DNA from: Bacteroidales bacterium
GTDB taxonomy: Bacteria; Bacteroidota; Bacteroidia; Bacteroidales; WCHB1-69
Assembly: GCA_047638115.1 (NCBI GenBank)
Contig: JBLJBB010000048.1
Coordinates: forward strand, 8,606 to 72,605
Length of the DNA: 64,000 nt
Direction of reading: 5' to 3'
Of the stretch, positions 8,632 to 18,784 are shown piece after piece; the first letter of the stretch is position 1; the number at the start of each line of letters is the position of its first letter. The position numbers and the translations under genes were made by a program. The notes below the pieces were generated by a model. That model saw nothing but the letters and a program-made list of their open reading frames with translations, was not told where the DNA came from and did no database searches.

Positions 8632-10476
8632 TTAACTTTTCTTGTTTGGTAATTCCAATCCAAAACCTTTCTTCTTATCTTCAACTTTTAACCACAATCC
8701 TAAAATAATAGCCATTATTCCAAAGAAAGCAAATATTAACATTGGAACTTTATAATTATACAAAGTTGGACCTTGAACCACTTCTATATTATCCAGACGC
8801 GCCTGAATTTTATTTAATTGTTCAACTGCATCTTTATCCATTTTATCAATTAATGGATTAATAATAACTTCTGTATTCGTTCTGGTTGTATCTTCATCTG
8901 ATCTTCTGTTTTTGTACTCTTTTGCTTCGTTTAAAGCCAAAAACTTATCAATATCGTTTTGGAATTTTTCAATTTGATTAGTTCTTTTCTCGTTGTTTCT
9001 ATAAATCAAACTCAAATTTTCAATGTTTTCCTCCAAATTTTTTACCATGGCATGATTGTGATACATAACCATCGCTTCAACTTTATGTTTGTACGTAAAC
9101 TCTTTTGTATTAAATTGTTCATCATACTTACACATGGTAGAATCCATTTCGTTAAATGTGATCATGTACTCTTTTTGGATGTTTTTCAGTGTATCTAATT
9201 CTGCCTTAATAACCGTTAAGTTTTTACCAACTCCTGGATTTGTAGAATCTAAAGTGGAACCAATTATCAATGGAACAACAAGTAAACCAATATTTTGAAT
9301 CCAGAAAATTACAGAATATGCTGATCCAAGAACTTTATTATCTACTAATTTTGGAACAGATGGCCAAAGAGCAGCTGGTACTAAAGAGAAAGAAACACCT
9401 AAAACTATAATGGCAACAATGGCAATAGGGTAGGAGAATAGTTCTGATGGAGTAAGCGCAAATATTAAGTGACAAATGGTCATTAAAACAGCTCCAATGA
9501 TCAACATCGTTGCTCCTTTCCCTTTTGTATCTAAAAAGAATCCTAATAGTGGTGTTAAAATCATAGCACCAATTGGAAAAAATGAAAATAAAGCACTTGC
9601 ATCTGTTGATGATATTTCTAATCTAGATGATAACATATCAGAAGCAAACTTTTGGAATGGGAAAATTGCTGAGTAATATAAAACACACAAACCTGCAACA
9701 ATTAAAAATGTTTTTGAAGTAAAAATCAATTTTAAATCTGAAACATGGAAAGGATCCTCTTTTTCTAACTCTATCTTTTCTTGAGAATCTAATTTTCTAT
9801 CCAAGAAATAATAAACAATAAAAGATAATAAACCTATTAATAAAAAGGCAGATACAAGAGCTACTGGTTTAGTAATAAATTGACCATCAGCTAAATATGG
9901 AGAAATACGAAATACTGCAAATACACCTAAACGTGCAATTGCCATCTCTAAACCCATGGCTAATGCTAATTCTCTACCTTTAAACCATTTTACAATCGTT
10001 TTAGATACCGTAATTCCAGCCATCTCAACACCCACACCAAAAATAGCAAAACCAATACATGCTAATGTTGCAGATGCAGGAAGAGGATCAATGAGTCCAA
10101 ATAAACTAAAACCATTTAATGCTTGATACAATCCTGATTCTGGTTTAAATAAATCTGAAATACCATAAAGTTTTATTAAAGCACCAAAAACCATAAGTAT
10201 TCCGGCAATTAATGCTGTTCTTCTTACACCGATTTTATCCAAAATAATACCAGAAAAAATAAGCATAAATGCAAAAACATTTAAGAAAAATTCAGATCCA
10301 CCAACTGCTCCAAAATTTTCTGATGACCAACCTTTTTGAGTTTCTAATAAATCTTTTAATGGTGCTAATACATCTACAAACATGTAGGCAAAAAACATAG
10401 TTAAAGAAACGAGAATCAAGGCAAACCATCTAGCTGTTGCCGATTCTCTTAATGATTTAGTAATTTTTTCTGTCAT
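8632..10476 (-). CDS. MFS transporter with a ~165-aa coiled-coil insertion and an extra C-terminal TM helix
   Basis: About 12 hydrophobic helices in residues 1-410. Residues ~411-575 are a K/E/N-rich helical segment. One more TM helix follows (VPMLIFAFFGIMAIILGLWL). Confidence 0.7.
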   Translation of the reverse strand: MTEKITKSLRESATARWFALILVSLTMFFAYMFVDVLAPLKDLLETQKGWSSENFGAVGGSEFFLNVFAFMLIFSGIILDKIGVRRTALIAGILMVFGALIKLYGISDLFKPESGLYQALNGFSLFGLIDPLPASATLACIGFAIFGVGVEMAGITVSKTIVKWFKGRELALAMGLEMAIARLGVFAVFRISPYLADGQFITKPVALVSAFLLIGLLSFIVYYFLDRKLDSQEKIELEKEDPFHVSDLKLIFTSKTFLIVAGLCVLYYSAIFPFQKFASDMLSSRLEISSTDASALFSFFPIGAMILTPLLGFFLDTKGKGATMLIIGAVLMTICHLIFALTPSELFSYPIAIVAIIVLGVSFSLVPAALWPSVPKLVDNKVLGSAYSVIFWIQNIGLLVVPLIIGSTLDSTNPGVGKNLTVIKAELDTLKNIQKEYMITFNEMDSTMCKYDEQFNTKEFTYKHKVEAMVMYHNHAMVKNLEENIENLSLIYRNNEKRTNQIEKFQNDIDKFLALNEAKEYKNRRSDEDTTRTNTEVIINPLIDKMDKDAVEQLNKIQARLDNIEVVQGPTLYNYKVPMLIFAFFGIMAIILGLWLKVEDKKKGFGLELPNKKS

Positions 10477-10543
10477 ATTATTATTTATTAATTATTGAAT
10501 TTTTTTTAACCTGCAAACTTAAATAAATTATCTTAATTTTTAT

Positions 10544-10756
10544 TCATTCTTTTAACCTTCTTAAAGAACTCATAATCAAATCAAAAGAGATATATCCTAA
10601 CGATAAACCAAAAGATATTATAAGAAAAATATTATTTTTTAGAATATAATCTGAATATTTTCCCACTTTATACCAATAATAAATGGAAAAAATTAATCCT
10701 AAAACCATCCCTAAAATATGGTACCAACGTACATTTTTTTTAAAAAACTGCTTCAT
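10544..10756 (-). CDS. Small two-TM membrane protein
   Basis: 70 aa with two hydrophobic helices. 4-nt start/stop overlap with the upstream gene suggests translational coupling. Confidence 0.5.
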   Translation of the reverse strand: MKQFFKKNVRWYHILGMVLGLIFSIYYWYKVGKYSDYILKNNIFLIISFGLSLGYISFDLIMSSLRRLKE

Positions 10757-11538
10757 TTTTTCTCCTCTTGTAAAATTTTATAATATTCGTATTCACTATA
10801 TTTTATTCGAATGGCCATAATGATTTGTTCTGGTGTCATTTTTATGATATCATAATATCCAAACCTACAATACATCATAAAATTTAACAAATCATCTCCC
10901 TTTAATCCTGTAATACTAGATACTAATTCTCTATTATACTTCCCTGGTACTTTATCTACTTCATCTTGATTTGCATTTAACTCTTTCGCTAACTGAATAT
11001 TCTTATATTTTTTATTGTATTTTTCATAAAAATAAGTTAACGGTGACCCCATTGGTGTTCCACTCAATACATTATAATCACCTTTGGAATATTTATTATT
11101 CATATAATCCTGTGTTGTTAGTTTTGTACCAGCTACCTGATTATATATATCTGGTAAAGAAGTATTTACAACTTCTTTTATAAACTGATCATATTGAGGT
11201 GTGATCGCATATATGGCGACTTCTTTCAAAATAATAGCTTTATAATACATGATGATCTCTGTGTTTTCTTTATTAAATATTTCTTGATCAACAAAAATCA
11301 TGATCTGTCTATATATAGATTTGGAAATAATCAATGTATCATTCAAATGAACATCTATAGAAAATTTTCCATTTTGATCCGAAAAACAATATTTTTTACT
11401 CGAATAATTGTATATATTTGCTTCCCGAATGGGATAAAAAGATAAGCCATCATAAACCGTTCCCATCATAGTTTTACTTTGCCCGAAAACAAGAAAACTT
11501 ATTGAAATAAGAAACACACTAAAAATTGTTTTTTTCAT
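10753..11538 (-). CDS. Carboxypeptidase-regulatory-like domain protein (secreted)
   Basis: Signal peptide, then GTVYDGLSFYPIREANIYN...DQNGKFSI, a CarboxypepD_reg-like beta sandwich. Remainder unknown. Confidence 0.55.
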   Translation of the reverse strand: MKKTIFSVFLISISFLVFGQSKTMMGTVYDGLSFYPIREANIYNYSSKKYCFSDQNGKFSIDVHLNDTLIISKSIYRQIMIFVDQEIFNKENTEIIMYYKAIILKEVAIYAITPQYDQFIKEVVNTSLPDIYNQVAGTKLTTQDYMNNKYSKGDYNVLSGTPMGSPLTYFYEKYNKKYKNIQLAKELNANQDEVDKVPGKYNRELVSSITGLKGDDLLNFMMYCRFGYYDIIKMTPEQIIMAIRIKYSEYEYYKILQEEKK

Positions 11539-11949
11539 GTTGCAAAATTAATCAAATTCATTGTATTATTTATTTTTTTTTAAATAAAAGTTTAAAAGAA
11601 ATAATGATATATAAGAGTGTGTATTTTGTTAAAAACTTTTTTATTTAATGATTTTTTTTTATTATAAATAGTTGATATAAATTTACATAGTTCAATAAAT
11701 ATAAGAAAAATGAGTTTGAAAATTTATTAATATTATGTTTATAACTATATTCATAATTCGTAGTAAGTTCTCATAAGTTCATGTTTTTAGAAGAAACAGA
11801 AAGTTATCAATAGTTATTAACAACGATTAACACTAAAATAAATTGTTTTTGTATAGTTATAAACAATAGAATGTTAATTGATTGATCCTTAGACACTATT
11901 TTAAACAAATATTGTTAATTTATTCATTTATAGATATTTATAATTATTT

Positions 11950-12070
11950 GGGTGTGCCCCCTCGCTTCGCTCGGGGTCGGGCTTGTTCCGGGGTTCGCTT
12001 CGCTTCCGTGCTCCATTCCGCTTCGCTCCATATCGCACCGGCTTCGCCGCCCTCCATATCCCTCACACGA
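11950..12070 (+). repeat. G+C-rich interspersed element, copy R1 (short form)
   Basis: Shares gtcgggcttgttccggggttcgcttcgct and the ...gccctcca(t/c)atccct(c/a)a... 3' block with copies at 33354, 34229(-) and 52945(-). Embedded in a 667-bp AT-rich intergenic region. Confidence 0.8.
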
Positions 12071-12175
12071 TATAGCATCTAACTTAATTTATTTCTATTC
12101 TTGGTTAGTTTTTTTTTACAATTTATTTTTTCAAAAAATAACACTCTTTTTTTAATTATATATATAAATTAATGT

Positions 12176-12183
12176 TATTTTTG
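12176..12183 (+). promoter_or_regulatory. Bacteroidota -7 box (TAnnTTTG) upstream of rpiB
   Basis: tatttttg, 24 nt upstream of the ATG at 12207. Confidence 0.45.
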
Positions 12184-12206
12184 CAAATTAACAAAATTGT
12201 GTTCAA

Positions 12207-12635
12207 ATGAAAATAGGAATAGCATCAGATCATGCTGGTTATGATTTAAAAGAGTTTATAAAAGAAACATACAAAAATCTCTATAGTTTTGAGGATTTTG
12301 GAACTTTTTCAAATGAAAGTGTTGATTATCCAGATTTTGCACATCCATTAGCCGCATCTGTTGAAAATAATATGAATACTAAAGGGATCTTAATTTGTGG
12401 TTCAGGAAATGGTGTTGCAATGACAGCTAATAAACACAAAAATGTTAGAGCAGCTCTTTGTTGGACACCTGAAATTGCACTTTTAGCAAGACAACATAAC
12501 AATGCGAATGTTCTGGTCCTTCCTGCTCGATTCGTATCTTTTGAAGAAGCAAACCTCATTATTAATATTTTTATGAATACTAATTTTGAAGGTGGAAGAC
12601 ACGAAAATAGAGTAGAAAAAATTAATATACAGTAA
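12207..12635 (+). CDS. rpiB: Ribose-5-phosphate isomerase B
   Basis: MKIGIASDHAGYDLKE..., ILICGSGNGVAMTANK, RpiB/LacAB family. Confidence 0.9.
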   Translation: MKIGIASDHAGYDLKEFIKETYKNLYSFEDFGTFSNESVDYPDFAHPLAASVENNMNTKGILICGSGNGVAMTANKHKNVRAALCWTPEIALLARQHNNANVLVLPARFVSFEEANLIINIFMNTNFEGGRHENRVEKINIQ

Positions 12636-12638
12636 GTT

Positions 12639-13727
12639 ATGTTTCAAGATTTACAATATATAAAAACAAGAGCTAATCTCATCAGACAATCCTACATTGA
12701 AGAAATGGAGAAAAATCTGTTGTCTTTTGAACAAAAATTAACCAATGCAAATATTTGTCCCGTTTGGGTACAAGATGAAGAAGAGTTAGTAACTTCTATT
12801 TTAAAATCTTTTAAAAAACCTAGCAATAACAAAATTTGTTTCGATTTAAAGCAGATCCCAAAATATTTTTTAGAGAAAAAACCCATTTTTAAATCCGTAA
12901 CAGTTCCTGATTTTTCAAAATTTAACGATTTTGCGGAACACCTAGTTATAGAAGCCAATTTTGGAATTGTTGAAAATGGTTCTTTAATTTTAATTGACAA
13001 ACCATCAAAATCTTGTTTTAATAGAATAGATAATTTACATATCATTCTGGATATTAATAATCTGATTATTAAACAGAATGATTTAGAACCACTTCTATTT
13101 TTACACAATGGAAGTGAAGGAAATTATCGATTTCCAAAAGATATTAAAATTTTAAATGGTGAAATTTCACAAATCTATAGTAGTCAAACCTATTCTTCTG
13201 ATACTAAATTTGAAACAAGAAAAGTAAAAACAACAGTTTACTTTTATGATAATGGTATTTCTACAATTTTAGCTGATCCTATTTTAAGAGAATCTCTTTA
13301 TTGTATCGATTGTGGAAGATGTCAGGAAGTTTGCCCCGTTTTTAAACAAACTCAAAAGTATTCTCCTATTGATTTGGTAATAAACAATTCTTTTGAAGAG
13401 AACAGAAGAACAACACAAATTTTTGAAAATACAACGCTATGCGGAAATTGTAATGAAGTTTGTCCTGTACTTATTCCACTTACTGATTTGATGATTTACG
13501 AAATGCAAACCATTAAAAATAAACACTCACGAGAAAAAAACATTGATTTGTTTAAATTTTTTTCTAAACGTGTAAAAATGAATAAATTGAATGGTTGGTT
13601 TTCAAAATATTTTTTTATAAAAAAACAATTTAAAAAAAATAAAAAATTTGCAAATTATGTAAAACAGCAAAAATTACCCTTTTTTAATATAACATATTCT
13701 AATAAAAATACTAATTTAAATGACTAA
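12639..13727 (+). CDS. LUD-domain / 4Fe-4S dicluster protein (LutB-like)
   Basis: Two CxxCxxCxxxCP motifs (CIDCGRCQEVCP, CGNCNEVCP) follow an N-terminal LUD-like region (GIVENGSLIL). Confidence 0.55.
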   Translation: MFQDLQYIKTRANLIRQSYIEEMEKNLLSFEQKLTNANICPVWVQDEEELVTSILKSFKKPSNNKICFDLKQIPKYFLEKKPIFKSVTVPDFSKFNDFAEHLVIEANFGIVENGSLILIDKPSKSCFNRIDNLHIILDINNLIIKQNDLEPLLFLHNGSEGNYRFPKDIKILNGEISQIYSSQTYSSDTKFETRKVKTTVYFYDNGISTILADPILRESLYCIDCGRCQEVCPVFKQTQKYSPIDLVINNSFEENRRTTQIFENTTLCGNCNEVCPVLIPLTDLMIYEMQTIKNKHSREKNIDLFKFFSKRVKMNKLNGWFSKYFFIKKQFKKNKKFANYVKQQKLPFFNITYSNKNTNLND

Positions 13728-16700
13728 TAATCAAGAAATTATAAAATCAAAAATCCATGAATTTGTAAAGAAGTTTTATTTAAACAAACTTTACAAGGGT
13801 GTTCTTGTTTTTTTAATAATTACATTGATTGTTTATCTCTCTTTTACTATACTTGAGTATTTTTCTTATTTAAATACTACGTTAAGATTGGTTCTTTTTT
13901 ATACATTTTTGCTTCTTTTCCTCTTCACAACAATAAAAAACATTTTATACCCTCTTTTTAAATTATTGGGTTTAGGCAAACAGATTGATAAAAATACAAT
14001 CGCAAAACTTATAGGAACATATTTTCCTCAAATAGACGATAAATTACTCAATGTTTTTCAACTTGAACAACTGCAACAAGAAGGGAAATTTAAGAGTTAT
14101 GATTTGTTGATTTCTGCTATAGATACTAAAATTGAAGCAATTAAACCTTTTCCTTTTGTTAAAGCAATTCCATTCAAAACAACCAAAAAATATTTGAAAT
14201 GGGCCATTTTTCCTGTTATAATTTTTATAACCATTTTTTCTATAAAAAGTGAAATTATTACAGAATCAACGAAAAGAATAATTCAGTATAACAAAGAGTT
14301 TGAAAAACCAGCTCCTTATAGTTTTGAGTTGATGAATAATAAATTATCTGCTTTTCAAAATGAAGATTACGTTTTAAAAATTAAGGTAAAAGGGGAGGAG
14401 ACACCCAAAGAAATTTATATAAGCTATGGTGACAGAACCTATAGATGTCAAAAAGAATCACCAACAATTTTCTTTTATAATTTTGTAAATTTGCAACAAA
14501 GTATTGATTTTCAATTACAAACAGAAGAAGTTCAATCAAAAAACTTTCTGTTAGAAGTGTTTCCAAAAGCGATTACTGTAAGTTTTACAATGGATTTCAT
14601 TTATCCAAGTTATCTAAATAAAACTAATGAAACGATTGAAAACAATGGAGATGCAACTGTTCCAGAAGGAACAAAGATTATTTGGAAAATCTACACCAAA
14701 AATACAGAGAAAATGGTTGTTTATATTGATCAAAAAGATTACAATATAACATCATCAAAAGATCTTTTTACGTTTTTTCAGGTTGCAAAAACACCATTTC
14801 AATATAGTTTATTAAATAGTAATCTTAACTATACAAGCAAAGACACCATACATCATCAAATAAATGTGATTAAAGACCTTTATCCAGAGGTTTTTGTTGA
14901 GAGTCAAAAAGACTCACTTTTTGCTGATAGAGTCTATTTTAAAGGTACAATAAAAGATGACTATGGTTTTAAAGGTTTAAAATTTGTATATTCTAAATCT
15001 GATTTGAATGGAAACCTATTAGAAAAATCTAAAGAGATCCCAATAGAAATAACAAATACAGCAAATATTCAGGATTTTTATTTCTATTTTGATGCTTCAA
15101 TTTTGCTTTTAAACCCAGGAGATCAAATTGAATACTATTTCGAAGTATTTGATAATGATGGATATAACGGATCAAAGTCAACAAAAACTCAAGTTCAGAA
15201 TTTTAAACTCAAAACGATAGAAGAGATAGAGAAAGAATTAGATAAATCGAATACTGATACTAAAAATGATTTAAAAAATTTAATTAAAGAATCAGAAGAG
15301 TTGGTAAAAGATATCCATAAATTTCAACAACAATTGATGCAAAACAATCAAATAACCTGGCAAGACAAAAAGAGGTTAGAGTCGTTGTTAGAGGAGTATA
15401 AAAATATAAAAAATAAAATTGAGGAGATTAAAGAGAATCAAAAAGATCAAAAGGCAAAAGAGAATAAGTATAAAAATATTCCAGAAGAAATTTTGAAGAA
15501 ACAAGAAGAATTGATGAAAAGATTTGATTCAATTCTCTCAGATGAAGTAAAACAGATGCTTGAGAAGATCCAAGAAATGATGAAGAATGAAAACAAAGAT
15601 CAGCTTCAAAAAGAGATGGATAAGATTAAAATGTCTACGCAAGATATAAATAAAGAGTTGGATCAACAAATGGAATTGTTTAAATTATTAGAGTTTGAAA
15701 AGAAATTTCAAGATATAATTGACAAGTCCAGACAACTTGCAGAAGAGCAGAAACATTTATCACGTTTAGCAGAAGAGAAGGCGATATCTAAAGAGGAACT
15801 ATTAGAAAAACAAGAGCAACTAAATCAAAAATTTGATCAACTTCAAAAAGAACTAAAAGAGTTACAAAATCTTAATAAAGGAATGGAAGATCCCATTAAG
15901 ATGCAAGATAGATCTCAACAGGAGCAAGGAATTAAAAATGACATGAAGGAAGCAAAAGATCAATTAAATAAGAACAACAGATCTAAAGCAAAAGAGAAAC
16001 AAAATTCAGCTTCTGAATCTTTAAAAAAATTAGCTGATGAACTTGAGCAGGAGAAGAATGAGGCGGAAAATGAAGATATTGGAGAGGATATTGAGTCTTT
16101 AAGACAAATAATGGATAATCTTATAAGAGTATCGTTTAAACAAGAAGATAATTTAAAGCAAACATTTTCACTTAATCCCAAATCCCCTAGAGTTACAGAA
16201 GTGATTCGTACCCAAAAAGAGATCAGTGATTATATAAAAATGATCGATGATTCTTTATCAAGTTTAGCAAAAAGACAAACCTCAATTAAGCCCTTTATTC
16301 AAAAAGAACTTCAAAAAATCAGAGAATATTTGTTGGCGGTTCAAACAAATATGACAGACAGACAATTTCCTGTTTCCTCAACGAACCAACAATTTGCTTT
16401 AACATCAATCAACAATCTAACCTTAATGTTAGCAGAATCGATGAAAGAAATGAAAGAGAAGCAAAAAGAGAGTAATGGAAAATGCAATAAAACAGGGGGT
16501 AAATCTTCTTCAAACAAAACAGGGGGTAAAAAAAGTAAACCAAAGTCGGCAAGAGAACTTCAACAACAATTGAATAGACAAATGGAGTCTTTAAAAAGAT
16601 CAATGGATCAAAAGGGGAAACCTGGACAAACCGGACAAGACAAGCAATTTAGTGAGCAGTTTGCAAAGATGGCAGCCCAACAAGAAGCTATTAGAAAGAT

Positions 16701-17070
16701 GCTCCAGGATTATAACAATGAATTAAAAGAGCAAACAGGATTTGGTGATAAATCGGTTGAACAACTCCTTAAAGAGATGGAGATGACGGAAAAAGATTTG
16801 GTAAACCGAGTTATTTCCACCCAAACCATCAATAGACAAAAACAAATAGAAACAAGATTATTAGAGAGTGAAAGAGCAGAAATGGAGAGGGAAAAGCAAG
16901 AGGAGAGAGAGTCAAAAGAAGCTCAAGAAAGATATAACCCACAACCACCCAAAGAGTGGAATTTTCAAAAGGAAAAAGTAAAACAAACAGAGATGATTAA
17001 AACAATACCACCATCTTTGCAATACTACTATAAAGAGAAAGCAAATCAATATTTTTACAACATCGAATAG
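13720..17070 (+). CDS. Large membrane-anchored protein with a long K/E/Q-rich coiled-coil region (DUF4175-like, function unknown)
   Basis: 1116 aa. N-terminal TM helices, a beta-rich middle, then ~600 aa of charged heptad-like sequence. Confidence 0.6.
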   Translation: MTNNQEIIKSKIHEFVKKFYLNKLYKGVLVFLIITLIVYLSFTILEYFSYLNTTLRLVLFYTFLLLFLFTTIKNILYPLFKLLGLGKQIDKNTIAKLIGTYFPQIDDKLLNVFQLEQLQQEGKFKSYDLLISAIDTKIEAIKPFPFVKAIPFKTTKKYLKWAIFPVIIFITIFSIKSEIITESTKRIIQYNKEFEKPAPYSFELMNNKLSAFQNEDYVLKIKVKGEETPKEIYISYGDRTYRCQKESPTIFFYNFVNLQQSIDFQLQTEEVQSKNFLLEVFPKAITVSFTMDFIYPSYLNKTNETIENNGDATVPEGTKIIWKIYTKNTEKMVVYIDQKDYNITSSKDLFTFFQVAKTPFQYSLLNSNLNYTSKDTIHHQINVIKDLYPEVFVESQKDSLFADRVYFKGTIKDDYGFKGLKFVYSKSDLNGNLLEKSKEIPIEITNTANIQDFYFYFDASILLLNPGDQIEYYFEVFDNDGYNGSKSTKTQVQNFKLKTIEEIEKELDKSNTDTKNDLKNLIKESEELVKDIHKFQQQLMQNNQITWQDKKRLESLLEEYKNIKNKIEEIKENQKDQKAKENKYKNIPEEILKKQEELMKRFDSILSDEVKQMLEKIQEMMKNENKDQLQKEMDKIKMSTQDINKELDQQMELFKLLEFEKKFQDIIDKSRQLAEEQKHLSRLAEEKAISKEELLEKQEQLNQKFDQLQKELKELQNLNKGMEDPIKMQDRSQQEQGIKNDMKEAKDQLNKNNRSKAKEKQNSASESLKKLADELEQEKNEAENEDIGEDIESLRQIMDNLIRVSFKQEDNLKQTFSLNPKSPRVTEVIRTQKEISDYIKMIDDSLSSLAKRQTSIKPFIQKELQKIREYLLAVQTNMTDRQFPVSSTNQQFALTSINNLTLMLAESMKEMKEKQKESNGKCNKTGGKSSSNKTGGKKSKPKSARELQQQLNRQMESLKRSMDQKGKPGQTGQDKQFSEQFAKMAAQQEAIRKMLQDYNNELKEQTGFGDKSVEQLLKEMEMTEKDLVNRVISTQTINRQKQIETRLLESERAEMEREKQEERESKEAQERYNPQPPKEWNFQKEKVKQTEMIKTIPPSLQYYYKEKANQYFYNIE

Positions 17071-17072
17071 CC

Positions 17073-17519
17073 ATGTTATATTTTGAATTACCCGAGTTAC
17101 CAATTAGTAAGGCCTACAATGCAAGTTTAGGTTTAATTGAAGAGATCTGCGAAGAGCACGCTTTAGAGAATTATTTTGGGAACATTAGTACTGCCACCCA
17201 TGAATTCTTACAGGCGATTAAAAAAACAACCAAAGGGGAAGATGTTTCGATTTGCATAGGGTTCATTTTAGAAAATGATACTCTATATGCACATTTTGAA
17301 ATCCATGGGACAATCATTGCTCTGCCAACATTGTTTGAAGAGGGGAAAGAGTTAACCCCGATCAAAACAATTATTTTACTGACCGATGAGATTAGTTTTA
17401 CAGAAAACAAAAAAGGGATCTCTTTTGCGTTTCACGTGAAACAGATAGTTCAAGATCGTAAGATAGAGCAAACTACAAAAACAGAACAAACCACCAACAC
17501 CCCATATAAATCTAAATGA
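17073..17519 (+). CDS. Hypothetical protein
   Basis: 148 aa. Tightly packed between neighbours, with a 4-nt overlap with the next gene. No motif recognised. Confidence 0.45.
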   Translation: MLYFELPELPISKAYNASLGLIEEICEEHALENYFGNISTATHEFLQAIKKTTKGEDVSICIGFILENDTLYAHFEIHGTIIALPTLFEEGKELTPIKTIILLTDEISFTENKKGISFAFHVKQIVQDRKIEQTTKTEQTTNTPYKSK

Positions 17520-18775
17520 AAAGAATAATTGTTGGATATCTTATATTCTTTCTGTTTCAATGTAACATCATAGCACAAACTACAAGAGTTTTGTTTATTG
17601 GAAATAGCTATACCCAAGTTAATAATTTGCCTAATTTGTTTTCAACGATTGCTTCATCCACAGGAGATGATGTCTTTGTTGATTCTAATACCCCAGGAGG
17701 GTGTACATTTCAACTACATTGTTCAAATCAATCAGCAACGATGATCCAGCAAGGAGGATGGGATTTTATTGTTTTGCAAGAGCAAAGTCAATTGCCCGCT
17801 TTTCCACTTTCACAAGTTCAATCGAGTTGTTTCCCATATGCGACACAACTTAACCAGATGATAGAAACGTTTAATCCATGTGCTGAAACAGTGTTTTATA
17901 TGACATGGGGAAGAAAGTATGGAGATCAAGATAATGCGCAGTTTTTTCCACCAATTGGAACTTATGAAGGGATGGACTCCTTGTTATTTGAGCGCTATAT
18001 GCAAATGACACAAGACAACAACGCCATAGTTTCCCCAGTTGGAAGAGTTTGGAGATATTTAAGAACAAATTCGCCAAATATAGAGCTATACTCGTCAGAT
18101 AATAGTCATCCATCATTAGCGGGAAGTTATGCAGCAGCATGTGCCATGTATGTAGCCATTTTAAGAAAGGATCCTACATCAATCACCAATTACTGTGGTT
18201 TAGACCAAAACACCGCTCAAATCATTCAAAATGCGGCTAAAATCGTAGTTTTTGACAATCAGTCAACATGGTTTATAGGAGAAAGAGCATTAAATGCTGA
18301 TTTTTTGTATACAAACTTGAATGGTTTTCAGAATACTTCATTAAATACGAACTCAACAACACATTATATTTGGAGTTTTGGAAATGGGGATTCCTCACTT
18401 GAAGAGAATCCAGCATACGTATATGACATAAATGGGACTTATTCAGTCACTTTACAAGCCATTGATGATTGTGGGCAAGAGAGTTCAATCACCAAAAATA
18501 TTGAAGTATTTCTTAATAAAATTGATCAAATTGACGCAACAAAAATCAAAGTTTTTCCAAATCCGGCAACCAATTATGTTAATCTTGATTTATCTAGACT
18601 AGAAACTCAACAAGTAAAAATTTCGATTTTAGATATTTTGGGGAAAACAATTACAACCTTTCACTATGAAGAAAAATCACCAATAATTGATATTTCTTAT
18701 TTGAATTCTGGATTATATTTTTTGAAAGTTGAACAAAGAAACTTGAACGTAATTCTAAAACTAATTGTACAATAA
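17516..18775 (+). CDS. Secreted SGNH/GDSL-like hydrolase with PKD domain and T9SS C-terminal sorting domain
   Basis: VLFIGNSYT block I. PKD-like WSFGNGDSS...GTYSVTLQAIDDCG. CTD KVFPNPATNYVNLDL...GLYFLKVE. Confidence 0.7.
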   Translation: MKRIIVGYLIFFLFQCNIIAQTTRVLFIGNSYTQVNNLPNLFSTIASSTGDDVFVDSNTPGGCTFQLHCSNQSATMIQQGGWDFIVLQEQSQLPAFPLSQVQSSCFPYATQLNQMIETFNPCAETVFYMTWGRKYGDQDNAQFFPPIGTYEGMDSLLFERYMQMTQDNNAIVSPVGRVWRYLRTNSPNIELYSSDNSHPSLAGSYAAACAMYVAILRKDPTSITNYCGLDQNTAQIIQNAAKIVVFDNQSTWFIGERALNADFLYTNLNGFQNTSLNTNSTTHYIWSFGNGDSSLEENPAYVYDINGTYSVTLQAIDDCGQESSITKNIEVFLNKIDQIDATKIKVFPNPATNYVNLDLSRLETQQVKISILDILGKTITTFHYEEKSPIIDISYLNSGLYFLKVEQRNLNVILKLIVQ

Positions 18776-18784
18776 ACACGAATC

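Noticed and set aside
11882-12155. Tracked ORFs 11882-12082 and 11952-12155 (Pro/Arg/Ser-rich peptides)
   Set aside because: They lie entirely on the G+C-rich repeat R1. The equivalent ORFs on R2 (33338-33523) and R4 (52768-53124) are in different frames and strands, with indels. The open frames are a by-product of high G+C, not conserved coding sequence.
11539-12206. Replication origin, considered because of the long AT-rich intergenic region and mnmG (gidA) in the window
   Set aside because: I found no cluster of TTATCCACA-like DnaA boxes, and no dnaA or dnaN is nearby. mnmG lies 7 kb away. AT-richness alone is the genomic norm here.
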